Assembly: GCA_963770615.1 (NCBI GenBank)
Contig: CAVYQJ010000032.1
Location: 2,202-66,201 of the forward strand
DNA from: an uncultured Solirubrobacterales bacterium
GTDB taxonomy: Bacteria; Actinomycetota; Thermoleophilia; Solirubrobacterales; Solirubrobacteraceae
Length of the DNA stretch: 64,000 bases
Direction: 5' to 3'
The position numbers and the translations under genes were made by a program. How positions within the stretch are numbered: position 1 is the stretch's first letter; the number at the start of each line of letters is the position of its first letter. Under the pieces are notes generated by a model. It searched no databases. It saw only the letters and a program-made list of their open reading frames with translations, and had not been told where the DNA came from. Below, in pieces: positions 1 through 9,608 of this stretch.

Positions 1-74
1 TTCATAAGGCGTATCTAGCGTAATGCCTTAAGTTGCCTATGTCCATTCCGGGGCGCTGAGATGAAAATCGTGGA

Positions 75-992
75 GTGCACGCCGGCCCGCACAAGAGCAC
101 GATCCCGCCGCAGGCGTACTTCGTCGGCAGCGCGGTGTTCCACTATCTCGGTCCGGCGTTCGCGGTGCTGCTGTTCGCGCGGGTGGCGCCGCTCGGGGTC
201 GCGTGGCTGCGGATCGCGAGCGCAGCGGTCGTGTTCGCGGTCTGGCGCCGGCCGTGGCGCCCGCTCCGAGCGGCCGATCGATCCACGGTGTGGCTCGTGG
301 TCGCGCTCGGGGGCGTGCTCGCGGTGATGAACAGCTGCTTCTACGAAGCGATCGCGCGACTGCCGCTCGGAACCGTGTCCGCGATCGAGTTCCTGCCGGT
401 GATCGCGCTCGCGGCGGTCGGCGTTCGCTCGGTCCGCAACGGGTTCGCGCTCGCGCTCGCGGTGGCCGGGGTGTACAGCCTGGTCTCGGTGCAGGTGACG
501 GGTGAGCCGCTCGGAATCGCGTTCGCGTTCGGCAACGCGGCCCTGTTCTCGCTGTACATCGTGCTCGCGCACCGGGTGTCGCGCGTGCCGGGTCTCGCCG
601 GCATCGACGGACTGGGCGCCGCGATGCTGGTCGCGGCGCCGGTGAGCACCGCGATCGGCGGCTGGGCCGTCCTCCCGCACGTGCTCGACCCGGTCGCGAT
701 CGCCGCCGGCATCGGCGTCGGCGTCACCTCGTCGGTGATCCCGTACGTGTGCGACCAGCTCGCAATGGCAAGGCTGCCCCGCGCCACCTACTCGTTGATG
801 GTGTCGCTGCTGCCGGCGACCGCGACCGTGATCGGGATCGTCGTGCTCGCGCAGATCCCGAGCGCGCGGCAGGTCCTCGGCGTCGCGCTTGTGATCGGTG
901 CGGTCGCGATTCACCGCGATCGCGCCGCCGCCGAGGCGACGGCGTCCAGCGGTCGCGCGCGTACGAGCGCAGACGTCACCGCCGCCGGTTGA
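75..992 (+). CDS. EamA/DMT family transporter (RhtA-like)
   Basis: About 10 hydrophobic helices in two repeated halves; motifs FYEAIARLPLG..AIEF and LLPATA typical of RhtA/EamA. Confidence 0.85.
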   Translation: MHAGPHKSTIPPQAYFVGSAVFHYLGPAFAVLLFARVAPLGVAWLRIASAAVVFAVWRRPWRPLRAADRSTVWLVVALGGVLAVMNSCFYEAIARLPLGTVSAIEFLPVIALAAVGVRSVRNGFALALAVAGVYSLVSVQVTGEPLGIAFAFGNAALFSLYIVLAHRVSRVPGLAGIDGLGAAMLVAAPVSTAIGGWAVLPHVLDPVAIAAGIGVGVTSSVIPYVCDQLAMARLPRATYSLMVSLLPATATVIGIVVLAQIPSARQVLGVALVIGAVAIHRDRAAAEATASSGRARTSADVTAAG

Positions 993-995
993 CGC

Positions 996-1020
996 GGTTA
1001 CCGGCGAGCGCGCTGGGTAG
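996..1020 (+). promoter_or_regulatory. Putative SigB/SigF-type stress promoter of the yihY-like gene
   Basis: GGTT-N15-GGGTAG upstream of an AGGAG SD and ATG 1068; matches GNNT-N14-16-GGGTA consensus. Confidence 0.4.
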
Positions 1021-1067
1021 CACTACGTCACAGGGTGGCGCGGCTTTTCACGAGAGGAGAAAGCGAC

Positions 1068-2006
1068 ATGCGCATGGCCGACAGGGTCGACCGCACCCAG
1101 CGGGAGAGCAAGCCCGCCGGTGTGGCGGTCGCGACGTTCAAGAAGTTCTCCGAGGATCGCAGCACGAACCTCGCGTCGATGATCGCGTTCTGGGGGATCT
1201 TCTCGATCTTCCCGCTGTTCATGGTCCTGGTCACCGTTCTGGCGTGGGTTCTGCCCGCGTCGGACAAGCACTCTGTACTCAGCCAGGTCGCGAAGATGTT
1301 GCCGCTGCTCGATCCGTCGACGATCAGCGGGCTCACCGGCAGCGTGCTGGCGCTTGTCCTCGGATTGCTCACCGCGTTGTGGAGCGGCCTCGGTGTCGTG
1401 CGCACGGTCCAGTTCGCGTTCGATTCGGTGTGGGAGATCCCTTACCACGAACGTCCCGGACTGGTCCAGCAGACGCTCCGGAGCGTGTGGGTGCTGGGAA
1501 CGATCGGCATCGGCCTGGTACTCACGACGCTGATCTCGGGCTTCGTCGTCACCTCGGCCAACGGCGTTCACCTCGGCGTCCTCGGGCGAGTGGGCGGCTA
1601 CGTTCTGGCGGCCGCGCTCGACGTCGGGATCTTCCTGGCCGCGTTCCGGATTCTCACGACGCGAGCCACATCCGTGCGCGACGTGCTGCCGGGGGCCGTG
1701 CTTTCCGGAGTGGCGTTTTTCATCCTTCAGCAGGTGTCGGCCCTGATCATTTCCCACTACCTGCAGAAGGCCCAATCGACTTACGGCCATTTCGCCACCG
1801 TGATCACGATCCTGTGGTGGTTCTATCTCCAGGCCAACATCACGTTGCTCGGCGCGCAGTTGAACGTCGTACTGAACGAGCGCCTGTACCCGCGCTCACT
1901 GGTGAACGCGCCGCAGACACCGGCCGATCATCGGGTGCTCGAGGCGTATGTCGGTGAACGCGCATACCACCCTCAGCAGCGAGTGACGACGCGCATGGAG
2001 GAGTAG
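1068..2006 (+). CDS. YihY/virulence factor BrkB family membrane protein
   Basis: FSEDRSTNLASMIAFWGIFSIFP, WFYL..ITLLGAQLN; start moved to ATG 1068 after AGGAG SD. Confidence 0.9.
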   Translation: MRMADRVDRTQRESKPAGVAVATFKKFSEDRSTNLASMIAFWGIFSIFPLFMVLVTVLAWVLPASDKHSVLSQVAKMLPLLDPSTISGLTGSVLALVLGLLTALWSGLGVVRTVQFAFDSVWEIPYHERPGLVQQTLRSVWVLGTIGIGLVLTTLISGFVVTSANGVHLGVLGRVGGYVLAAALDVGIFLAAFRILTTRATSVRDVLPGAVLSGVAFFILQQVSALIISHYLQKAQSTYGHFATVITILWWFYLQANITLLGAQLNVVLNERLYPRSLVNAPQTPADHRVLEAYVGERAYHPQQRVTTRMEE

Positions 2007-2015
2007 TGGGGGCGT

Positions 2016-2723
2016 CTACAAAGGCCGGCGGACGCCGACCTCGTCGATGTGCGCGAGTAGGTCTCGCGGGTCTTCGTACACCCGGTACGCGCCCGAGTAG
2101 ATGAGCTCCTCGCGGCCGTAACCGCCCGACAGCAGGCCGATCCCCAGCGCCCGAGCACGCCGGGCCGCGAGCAGGTCCCAAACGCTGTCGCCGACGACCA
2201 TGCTGTCGCGGATGTCGACGCGGATCAGCTCGGCGGCGGTCAGGAACAGGTCGGGGTCTGGCTTGGCGTAGCGAACCTGGTCGCGCGTCACGAGCGGTGT
2301 GTCCGCCGGCAGCCCGAGCAGCTCCACCCCTAGCCGCGCGTAGCGCTCCGCGCCGCTCGTCGCGATCGCCCACGGGACGCCGAGGTCGGTGAGCGTCGCG
2401 AGCAGGTCGCTCGCGCCCGGGAGCGGACGCACGCCGTCGTAGTGGCGCAGGAAGGCGTCGCCGTGCAGCTTGGGTAGCTCGGCGAGCGTGTCCCGGTCGA
2501 GCGGGGTCTCGAGCTCGCGGGCGAGCGCGCTGACGAACAGCCCGCCGCTCATCCCGATCCGGCGGTGGATCTTCCACACCGACAGATTGATCCCGACCCC
2601 CTGGAGCGCCTCGCGCCAGGCGATCACGTGCTGGTACACACTGTCGATCAGCGTTCCATCGAGGTCGAACAGGAACGCGGGGTTGCTCCGAGCCTCGAAC
2701 TCCACCGTTGCATCTTCGCTCAA
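2016..2723 (-). CDS. HAD family hydrolase (phosphatase)
   Basis: FDLDGTLIDS motif I, ATS, KPDPD, GDS.WD; start uncertain (TTG 2723 or GTG 2705). Confidence 0.9.
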   Translation of the reverse strand: MSEDATVEFEARSNPAFLFDLDGTLIDSVYQHVIAWREALQGVGINLSVWKIHRRIGMSGGLFVSALARELETPLDRDTLAELPKLHGDAFLRHYDGVRPLPGASDLLATLTDLGVPWAIATSGAERYARLGVELLGLPADTPLVTRDQVRYAKPDPDLFLTAAELIRVDIRDSMVVGDSVWDLLAARRARALGIGLLSGGYGREELIYSGAYRVYEDPRDLLAHIDEVGVRRPL

Positions 2724-2736
2724 TTACCGTACGCGC

Positions 2737-3945
2737 GTGATCACCGCCGAAAGCATCGCCGCCCGTCTGGCCGCCCTGCACGACGTCGGCGTCGGTCCCG
2801 AGGGGGTTTACCGCCTCGCGTGGACCGCCGAGGACGCGGCGACGCGAGCCTGGTTCGAGCGCCAGGCCGCGGATTCCGGGCTGCGCTTCGAGCGCGATCC
2901 GGCGGGCAACCTGTGGGCGCGCCCGGATGCGGATCCGCCATGGTGGGGGATCGGATCCCATCTGGACAGCGTCCGCGGCGGCGGCCGCTTCGACGGGCCG
3001 CTCGGCGTGGCGTGCGCGTTCGAGATCGCGTCCGAGCTCTCCGCCGGCGCGGCGCCACCGGTCGCGGTGCTGTCGTTCGCCGACGAGGAGGGCGCGCGCT
3101 TCAACACCCCGACGTTCGGGAGCAAGGCCTTGAGCGGGCGCCTCGATCTCCCGGCGGTGCTCGAGCGGCGCGACGATGCCGGCGTGGCGCTGGGCGACGC
3201 GATGCGCGCCGCCGGGGTCGATCCGGACGGGATCCGCGATGCGCCCGGCGTGCTCGCGACGCTCGCCGGCTTCATCGAGATCCACATCGATCAGACGACT
3301 GACCTGGCCCGCGCCGGCGAGCCCGTCGGGCTGGTCAGCGCGCTTGCCGCCCGGACCCGTCTCCAGATCGTGCTGCGCGGCCGAGCCGATCACGCCGGAA
3401 CCACGCCCCGGTCAGAGCGCCGCGACGCGCTGGCGGCGGCGGCCCGGCTGATCGTCGGCGCCGAGGACCTGGCCGCGGAGGATCCTTCGCTGACGGTGAC
3501 GACGGCGCGGATCCTGGCCGAGCCGAACGCGCCGACGACGATCGCGGCCGAGGTACGGCTGTGGATCGACGCGCGCTCCCCGGAGGGGTTCGGGGCGATT
3601 GACGCGTGGCGGGCTCGGCTCGACGGGCTCGCCGGCGAGCTGTCCGGCCGGACCGGGGTCGAGATCGAGATCGGCGTCGCTTCGCGCAGCGACCGGCGCG
3701 AGTTCTCGCCACCGCTCCGGGCCACGCTGGCCCGCGCGAGCGAGGAGGTCGTCGGCCATGCCGTCCCCGAGCTCGTGTGCAACGCCGGGCATGACGCCGG
3801 CGTCGTCGCCGAGCGGGTGCCGGCGGCGATGGTGTTCGTCCGCAACGAGACCGGCGTCAGCCATTCGCCGGCGGAGAACGTCGACCTGGACGACGCCGCG
3901 ATCGCCGCCCGGGTCGTCGCTCGCGCGCTACAGGAGGTTCAGTGA
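2737..3945 (+). CDS. M20 Zn amidohydrolase (allantoate amidohydrolase/N-carbamoylase family)
   Basis: GSHLDSV..GG.FDGPLG, EEGARF, EIHIDQ, GRADHAGTTP, AGHDA, SHSPAE; GTG start 2737; GTGA overlap with hutF. Confidence 0.9.
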   Translation: MITAESIAARLAALHDVGVGPEGVYRLAWTAEDAATRAWFERQAADSGLRFERDPAGNLWARPDADPPWWGIGSHLDSVRGGGRFDGPLGVACAFEIASELSAGAAPPVAVLSFADEEGARFNTPTFGSKALSGRLDLPAVLERRDDAGVALGDAMRAAGVDPDGIRDAPGVLATLAGFIEIHIDQTTDLARAGEPVGLVSALAARTRLQIVLRGRADHAGTTPRSERRDALAAAARLIVGAEDLAAEDPSLTVTTARILAEPNAPTTIAAEVRLWIDARSPEGFGAIDAWRARLDGLAGELSGRTGVEIEIGVASRSDRREFSPPLRATLARASEEVVGHAVPELVCNAGHDAGVVAERVPAAMVFVRNETGVSHSPAENVDLDDAAIAARVVARALQEVQ

Positions 3946-5093
3946 TCGCCACGACCGTCTCGATCCCCGGGATGCCGAATGCGCATTCGCACGCTTTCCA
4001 GCGCGGCCTGCGCGGACGCGCTGAACGGCCCGGACCCGCCGGCGGCGATGACGACTTCTGGACGTGGCGCACCGAGATGTTCGCGCTCGCCGAGACCCTC
4101 GACCCGGACTCGATGCGCGCGATCGCGCTCGAGACCTATCGCGAGATGGTCGGCGCCGGGTACGCCGTCGTGGGCGAGTTCCACTACGTCCACCACCAGC
4201 CCGACGGCACGCCGTACGCCGAGCCGAACGCGATGGCGTTTTCAGTCGCCGAAGCCGCGGTCGAGGCTGGACTGCCGATCGTGCTGCTTCCTGCCGCATA
4301 TCACCGTGGCGGCTGGGACGGCGGGGATCTTCCGCCGGCGCCGGGCCAGTCCCGCTTCTGCGACCCCGACGTCGAGGCGTTCCTGGCCCGGGTGGACGCG
4401 CTCCGAGTTTGGTCGGCATCTGTGCCCGGCGTCGAGGTCGGGGTAGCGGCACACAGCGTCCGCGCGGTCCCCGCCAGCTGGCTCGAGGCGATCGCCGAGT
4501 ACTCCGAGCGCCACGGGATCGTCCGCCACGTCCACGCCCACGAGCAGCGCCGCGAGCTCGACGAGTGTCAGGCCGAGCACGGTTGTTCCCCGATCGAGCT
4601 GCTCGAGCGGACCGGCTTCCTCGGGCCGCGCGCGAGCGTGATCCACGGGATCCACGTGTCGGCCGCGGATGTCGCGTTGCTCGCCGGGAGCGGGACGACG
4701 GTCGTCTCGTGCCCGACGACCGAGGGCAACCTCGGCGACGGGTACCTGCCGGCGATGGCCTACGCGGAGGCGGGCGTGCCGCTCGCGATCGGGAGCGACT
4801 CGCAGGTGCGGATCGACCCGTTCGAGGAGGCGCGCGAGCTCGAGACCGGCTCGCGCCGCGAGCGTCAGCTCCGCTCGGGCCTGCTCGCGTCGGTGGGAGA
4901 CCTGTGGACGGTGCTGTGCCGAAACGGCTACCGGAGCCTCGGGGTCGGCGCCGACCTCGAGCAGCCGAGGATCGAGATCGACCTGAACCATGTCGATCTG
5001 CGCGGGATCGATCTCGACGACCTGCCGCTCGCGCTGGTCACGTGCGCGTCGGCGGGGGTTGTGACTCGCGGCGTTGGCGCCCCGGCCCCTTAA
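3942..5093 (+). CDS. hutF: Formimidoylglutamate deiminase
   Basis: PGMPNAHSHAFQRGLRG, DDFWTWR, GEFHYVHH, AAHSVRAV, CPTTEGNLGDG, GSDSQ. Confidence 0.92.
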   Translation: MIATTVSIPGMPNAHSHAFQRGLRGRAERPGPAGGDDDFWTWRTEMFALAETLDPDSMRAIALETYREMVGAGYAVVGEFHYVHHQPDGTPYAEPNAMAFSVAEAAVEAGLPIVLLPAAYHRGGWDGGDLPPAPGQSRFCDPDVEAFLARVDALRVWSASVPGVEVGVAAHSVRAVPASWLEAIAEYSERHGIVRHVHAHEQRRELDECQAEHGCSPIELLERTGFLGPRASVIHGIHVSAADVALLAGSGTTVVSCPTTEGNLGDGYLPAMAYAEAGVPLAIGSDSQVRIDPFEEARELETGSRRERQLRSGLLASVGDLWTVLCRNGYRSLGVGADLEQPRIEIDLNHVDLRGIDLDDLPLALVTCASAGVVTRGVGAPAP

Positions 5094-5228
5094 GCGAGTC
5101 GCGCCCCGATTCCGGCGGAGAGGGAGGCCGGTTTAGAGGGGCGCGCTCAGAGGAGGGTGTGCGGGAATATTGACGGCTGAGGACCTAGCTGTCCAAGACG
5201 AACTTCGTCGCGAACTGATAAGCGGCGC

Positions 5229-6197
5229 TTATGGATTCGTGAACACGATCTTCCCGGCCGTCTCGCCCCGGAGCATCGCCTCGAACCCCTTCCCGGCGTC
5301 GGCCAGCGGCAGGGTCGCGCTGATCGCCGGACGCACGCCCCTGTCGACGCACATCCGGATCAGCCGGCCGAGCTCTTCGCGGGTCCCCATCGTCGACCCG
5401 ATCACCGACAGCTGGAGGAAGAAGATCCGGGTCAGCTCCGCCGGGGGAGCGTCGCCGGTGGTCGCTCCCGAGATGACGATCTTGCCGCCGGGCTTGAGCG
5501 CGCGCACCGAGTGCGCCCACGTCGCCTGGCCGGTCGTGTCCATCACCGCGTCGACCCGCTCGGGCAGGCGCGCGCCCGGTTCGAACGCCTGATCGGCGCC
5601 CAGCTCGAGCGCCCGGGCGCGCTTCTCCTCCGAGCGCCCGGTGACCCACACGCGAATGCCGGCGGCGCTGCCGAGCACGGTCAGCGCGGTCGCGACCCCT
5701 CCGGTCGCTCCCTGGACGAGCACGGTAGAGCCGGGCGAGATCGCGCCGCGGGTGAACAGCATCCGGTAGGCGGTCAGCCAGGCGGTCGGGAGGCACGCCG
5801 CCTGTTCGAACGACAACTCAGGCGGCTTGGGCACGAGATTCCAGCGCGGGACCGTCACCTTTTCGGCAAAGGTCCCCTGGTAGCGCTCGGACAGCAGCGA
5901 CCGGCGCGGGTCGAGCGTCTCGTCGCCGTGCCACGACGGGTCGTTGATCACCGAATGGACGATCACGTCGTTGCCGTCGTCGTCGACGCCGGCGGCGTCG
6001 CAGCCGAGGATCATCGGCAGCCGGTCCTCGGGGAGGCCGACGCCGCGCAGCGACCACAGGTCGTGGTGGTTCAGCGAGGCAGCCCTGACCGTGATGGCCG
6101 TCCACCCGTCGGGAATCTCGGGTTCAGGACGCTCTCCGACGGTCAGTCCGGTGAGCGGGTCGTCGCGGTTGATGGCCGAGGCATAGACGGCGAGCAT
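5229..6197 (-). CDS. Zinc-binding dehydrogenase/quinone oxidoreductase (MDR family)
   Basis: ASLNHHDLW, ILGCDAAG, PTAWLTAYRML, QGATGGVA, GSTMGT; start trimmed to ATG 6197. Confidence 0.9.
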   Translation of the reverse strand: MLAVYASAINRDDPLTGLTVGERPEPEIPDGWTAITVRAASLNHHDLWSLRGVGLPEDRLPMILGCDAAGVDDDGNDVIVHSVINDPSWHGDETLDPRRSLLSERYQGTFAEKVTVPRWNLVPKPPELSFEQAACLPTAWLTAYRMLFTRGAISPGSTVLVQGATGGVATALTVLGSAAGIRVWVTGRSEEKRARALELGADQAFEPGARLPERVDAVMDTTGQATWAHSVRALKPGGKIVISGATTGDAPPAELTRIFFLQLSVIGSTMGTREELGRLIRMCVDRGVRPAISATLPLADAGKGFEAMLRGETAGKIVFTNP

Positions 6198-6233
6198 CGG
6201 CGAATCATGCCGTAGTGCCACAATCTCGGTCAC

Positions 6234-6686
6234 ATGGCAACCGTCACCGCGCGCGCCACCCGAGCGGTCGACGCCCCGCCGGACCGGGTCCTTGCCTTCC
6301 TGAAGGACTACCGTGAGGCGCGGCCGCGCATCCTCACCGACAACTACAGCCAGTACCGCGTTGAGTCCGGAGGCCAGGGGCAAGGCACCGTGATCGGCTA
6401 CCACTTCGCGGCCGGGCGCCGCGAGCGCGACTACCGGCTGAGCGTCGAAGAGAGCGCCGGCGGGCTGGCCGAGCGGGACCAACTCTCCTCGTACGTCTCA
6501 CGCTGGACCGTTGCCCCGGACGCCGACGGCTCGCAGGTGACGCTCGAGGCCACCTGGGACGGCGCCGGCGGAATCGGCGGCGTGTTCGAGCGGACGTTCG
6601 CGCCGAGGGTTCTGGGTGGGATCTTCGGCGAGATGCTCGACAAGCTCGCCGCGGCCGTCTCAGGGCCCGACGGACCCTCAGCCTGA
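6234..6686 (+). CDS. SRPBCC/polyketide cyclase-dehydrase family protein
   Basis: 150 aa; VDAPPDRVLAFLKDY..RPRIL, FERTFAP typical START-fold pattern. Confidence 0.8.
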   Translation: MATVTARATRAVDAPPDRVLAFLKDYREARPRILTDNYSQYRVESGGQGQGTVIGYHFAAGRRERDYRLSVEESAGGLAERDQLSSYVSRWTVAPDADGSQVTLEATWDGAGGIGGVFERTFAPRVLGGIFGEMLDKLAAAVSGPDGPSA

Positions 6687-7127
6687 CTCGACTTGCTTCT
6701 TGAGCTCGCCGGCGCGCGCGCCCGCGAGCATCTGGCGGAGCATGTCGACCATCGGGCCTCGGACGAGCATCCCGAGCGTGCGGCCGAGGTCGACCTCGAT
6801 CGAGTAGGTGGCGCGCGTGCGCTCGCCGCCGAGGTCCTCGAGCGTCCAACTACCGTCGACCGACTTCAGATCGCCCTTCTCCTGAGTCCACCGCAGCGTG
6901 TCCGGGCCCTCGTAGGTGAAGCGGACGATCGACTTGACCGTGCGCACCTTGGCGTCGGTCTCGGCCTCGCACCTGGTCGCCCGGCCGTCGCCGTCCCGCT
7001 CGATCGCGTGCATCGACTTGAGCCCGCCCTGCCAGTCCGGCGCGCTCTCGACGTCCTGCACGAGCGCCCACACGCGGTCGAGCGGAGCGTCGATCTCCGC
7101 CGTCGAGCTCCCGATCAAGTTCGCCAT
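6678..7127 (-). CDS. SRPBCC (COQ10-like) lipid-binding protein
   Basis: EIDAPLDRVWALVQDVE..PDW, KGDLKSVDGSW. Confidence 0.8.
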   Translation of the reverse strand: MANLIGSSTAEIDAPLDRVWALVQDVESAPDWQGGLKSMHAIERDGDGRATRCEAETDAKVRTVKSIVRFTYEGPDTLRWTQEKGDLKSVDGSWTLEDLGGERTRATYSIEVDLGRTLGMLVRGPMVDMLRQMLAGARAGELKKQVESG

Positions 7128-7131
7128 CGAG

Positions 7132-8148
7132 TCACGCCTCCTCCATCGCCGCCGTATAAGCCCCGTTCCGTGCGGCCGAATTCAACCTGGCGCGGTGGAT
7201 GAATGCGTTCTGGGCGGCCTGCGCGTTCTCCCATTTGCCGTCCCACGCCCTGAGCGCCGCCCCCGACAGCGCCCGGCCGTACGAGAACGCCAGCTCCCAC
7301 GGATGGGGGCCGGCGGCGTTCATCGCGGCCAGGTGGGCGGTCGCGTCGTGGTCGGATTGGCCGCCCGACAGGAACACGATCCCCGGCACGCCCGCCGGCA
7401 CGTGCTTGTAGAAGCACTCGAGCGTCCGGTCGGCGACCTCCTCGATGCCGGCGCGCTCGGGCGCGTCGTAGCCCGAGAGCACCATGTTCGGCTTGAGCAG
7501 CGTGCCGAACACGTCGACCCGCTGGTCGAACAGCTCCGTGTAGACGGCGTCGAGCACGCGCGAGGTGACGTGGTAGCTGCGCTCGATCGTGTGCGTCCCG
7601 TCCTGGAGCACCTCGGGCTCGACGATCGGCACGAATCCGGCCTCCTGGCACAGCGCGGCGTAGCGCGCGAGCGCGTGCGCGTTGGCCCAGATGCAGTAAT
7701 CGCTCGGCAGCGTGTCGGTGATCGTGTAGGTCGCGCGCCACTTCGCGAACCGGGCGCCCATGCTCCGGTACTCGTGCAGGCGGTCGCGGAGACCGTCGAG
7801 ACCCTCGGTGATCGTCTCGCGCTCGGTCAGCGCGAGCGGGTGCTGCCCGATGTCGACCTTGATCCCGGGGATGATGCCCCTGGCGGCGAGCAGCTCGGGG
7901 AACGGTGTGCCGTTCGACGCCGACTGGCGGATCGTCTCGTCGTACAGGATCACGCCGCTGATGAACTCCTCCGCGCCCGGGGTCGTGAACAGGATCTCCC
8001 GGTATTCGGTCCGCAGCTCCACGGTCGACTCGAGCATGATCGAGTCGAACCGCTTCTGGATCGTCGTGTCGCTCTCGTCCGCGGCGAGGATCCCCTTGCC
8101 GGGTGCGACGAGCGCCTTGGCGGTGTCGTGCAGTTCGTTGGCGGTCAT
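7132..8148 (-). CDS. fba: Fructose-bisphosphate aldolase class I
   Basis: KGILAADES, IIPGIKVD, EGLDGL, FAKWR, PIVEPEV, LLKPNM (Schiff-base Lys), FLSGGQ, FSYGRAL; ATG 8148. Confidence 0.95.
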   Translation of the reverse strand: MTANELHDTAKALVAPGKGILAADESDTTIQKRFDSIMLESTVELRTEYREILFTTPGAEEFISGVILYDETIRQSASNGTPFPELLAARGIIPGIKVDIGQHPLALTERETITEGLDGLRDRLHEYRSMGARFAKWRATYTITDTLPSDYCIWANAHALARYAALCQEAGFVPIVEPEVLQDGTHTIERSYHVTSRVLDAVYTELFDQRVDVFGTLLKPNMVLSGYDAPERAGIEEVADRTLECFYKHVPAGVPGIVFLSGGQSDHDATAHLAAMNAAGPHPWELAFSYGRALSGAALRAWDGKWENAQAAQNAFIHRARLNSAARNGAYTAAMEEA

Positions 8149-8199
8149 GCGGCCGCCCTGATTATGTCCTGCGCGGGGTTCCGCGAGAATCGTCGACAC

Positions 8200-8805
8200 A
8201 TGCCCGCCACCGTCATAGAGATCGACACCCCGCACGGGCCCGCCCGGGCCCACGTGACGAAGGTCCGCGGCGCGCGCGGCGCGGTGGTGCTCGGGCACGG
8301 CGCCGGTGGCGGCGTCGGCGCGCCCGATCTGGTCTTGGCCGCCGAGGTCGCGCAGGCCGAGAAGCTCAGCGTGGCGCTGATCGAGCAGCCCTATCGGGTG
8401 GCGGGCCGGCGCTCGCCGGCGCCGGCGGCCCAGCTCGACACCGCCTGGATCGCGGTCGTCTCGCACCTGCGGGGCAAGACGCTGAAGGGGTTGCCGATCG
8501 TGTGCGGCGGGCGCTCGTCGGGCGCGCGCGTCGCGTGCCGGACCGCGGCGGAGACGGGGGCGGTCGGGGTGCTGTGCCTGGCCTTCCCGCTTCACCCGCC
8601 CGGCCGCCCCGCGGCAACCAGGCAGGACGAGCTCGACGGCGTGACCGTGCCCGTGCTCGTCGTCCAGGGCGCGAGCGACCCGTTCGGCATGCCGGCGCCC
8701 GGCCCGTCGCGAACCGTCGTGACCGTCAAGGGAAACCACAGCCTGCGGAGCGATCGCGAGGCGGTCCGAACTGCGGTGCGGGACTGGCTCTGCCGGATAC
8801 CCTGA
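8200..8805 (+). CDS. Alpha/beta hydrolase (KANL3/Tex30-like)
   Basis: LGHGAGGG oxyanion motif, GGRSSG nucleophile elbow, LAFPLHPPG, QGASDPFG, GNHSL. Confidence 0.85.
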   Translation: MPATVIEIDTPHGPARAHVTKVRGARGAVVLGHGAGGGVGAPDLVLAAEVAQAEKLSVALIEQPYRVAGRRSPAPAAQLDTAWIAVVSHLRGKTLKGLPIVCGGRSSGARVACRTAAETGAVGVLCLAFPLHPPGRPAATRQDELDGVTVPVLVVQGASDPFGMPAPGPSRTVVTVKGNHSLRSDREAVRTAVRDWLCRIP

Positions 8806-8812
8806 AGGCGCA

Positions 8813-9448
8813 ATGCTGTGTCAACGCATCGGCCACGGGGGCGCGAGCGCGCTGGCCCGGGCGAACACGCTGGCCTCGTTCGACGCGGCGTGCGAGATCG
8901 GAGTCGACATGGTCGAGTTCGACGTGCGCGCCTGGAACGGCGAGCTCGTGCTCGCGCACACCGTGCTGCACGCCCGCCGCGGCGGGAACGTGCGCCTGGA
9001 CGAGGCCCTCGCCCACCTGCGCGGCCGGCGGGTGGAGCTGAACGTCGACGTCAAGCACGTCGGCTGCGAGTCCGTGCTGCTCGAATCCGTGCGGCACGCC
9101 GGGCTGCTCGACCGGACGCTGATCTCCTCGCAGGTGCCCGACGTGCTCGACCGCGTCCGTGCGCTCGAGCCGCGGGCCTGGGTCGGAATCTCGATCGGCG
9201 GGCGGTTCGCGCGGTTCAGTCAGCGGTGGCGTGACTGGCGCGCGGTGGCGCTTGCCGGCCTGCACAGCGGGCGGTGGGACGTGCTGATGGCCCAGCACAA
9301 GCTCGTCGATCGCGGGCTGCTGCACGACGTCAGCGATCGGGGTGGGCGGCTGTACGCCTGGACCGTGAACGAGCGCGTGGCGATCGCGCGGCTGCAGGAG
9401 CTGGGCGTGCACGGGATCGCGACCGCCGACCCGCGGCTGTTCGCTTAG
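8813..9448 (+). CDS. Glycerophosphodiester phosphodiesterase family protein
   Basis: GHGGA..NT..SF, VEFDV, LNVDVK, AWTVN, GIATADP. Confidence 0.85.
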   Translation: MLCQRIGHGGASALARANTLASFDAACEIGVDMVEFDVRAWNGELVLAHTVLHARRGGNVRLDEALAHLRGRRVELNVDVKHVGCESVLLESVRHAGLLDRTLISSQVPDVLDRVRALEPRAWVGISIGGRFARFSQRWRDWRAVALAGLHSGRWDVLMAQHKLVDRGLLHDVSDRGGRLYAWTVNERVAIARLQELGVHGIATADPRLFA

Positions 9449-9551
9449 GTTTTCTCTGGGTCTCGCTTCGCTCGACGTCCAGCCGGATGACTCCCGGCCG
9501 GCCCGGTCTTGGCGAGGCCGGATGCCGAGCGGGCCGAGCCGGGAGGCCGTT

Positions 9552-9591
9552 CCGCAGGGCGTCCATGCCCTGCGGCCTTAGTTTTTGTTTT
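9552..9591 (+). terminator. Intrinsic terminator-like hairpin
   Basis: CCGCAGGGC-6nt-GCCCTGCGG followed by CCTTAGTTTTTGTTTT. Confidence 0.65.
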
Positions 9592-9608
9592 CTGTGTGCG
9601 TCCGTGTC

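Noticed and set aside
5170-5592. Small + strand ORF after AGGAGG
   Set aside because: SD is about 15 nt from the TTG, and the ORF lies antisense to the MDR gene with no recognisable motif.
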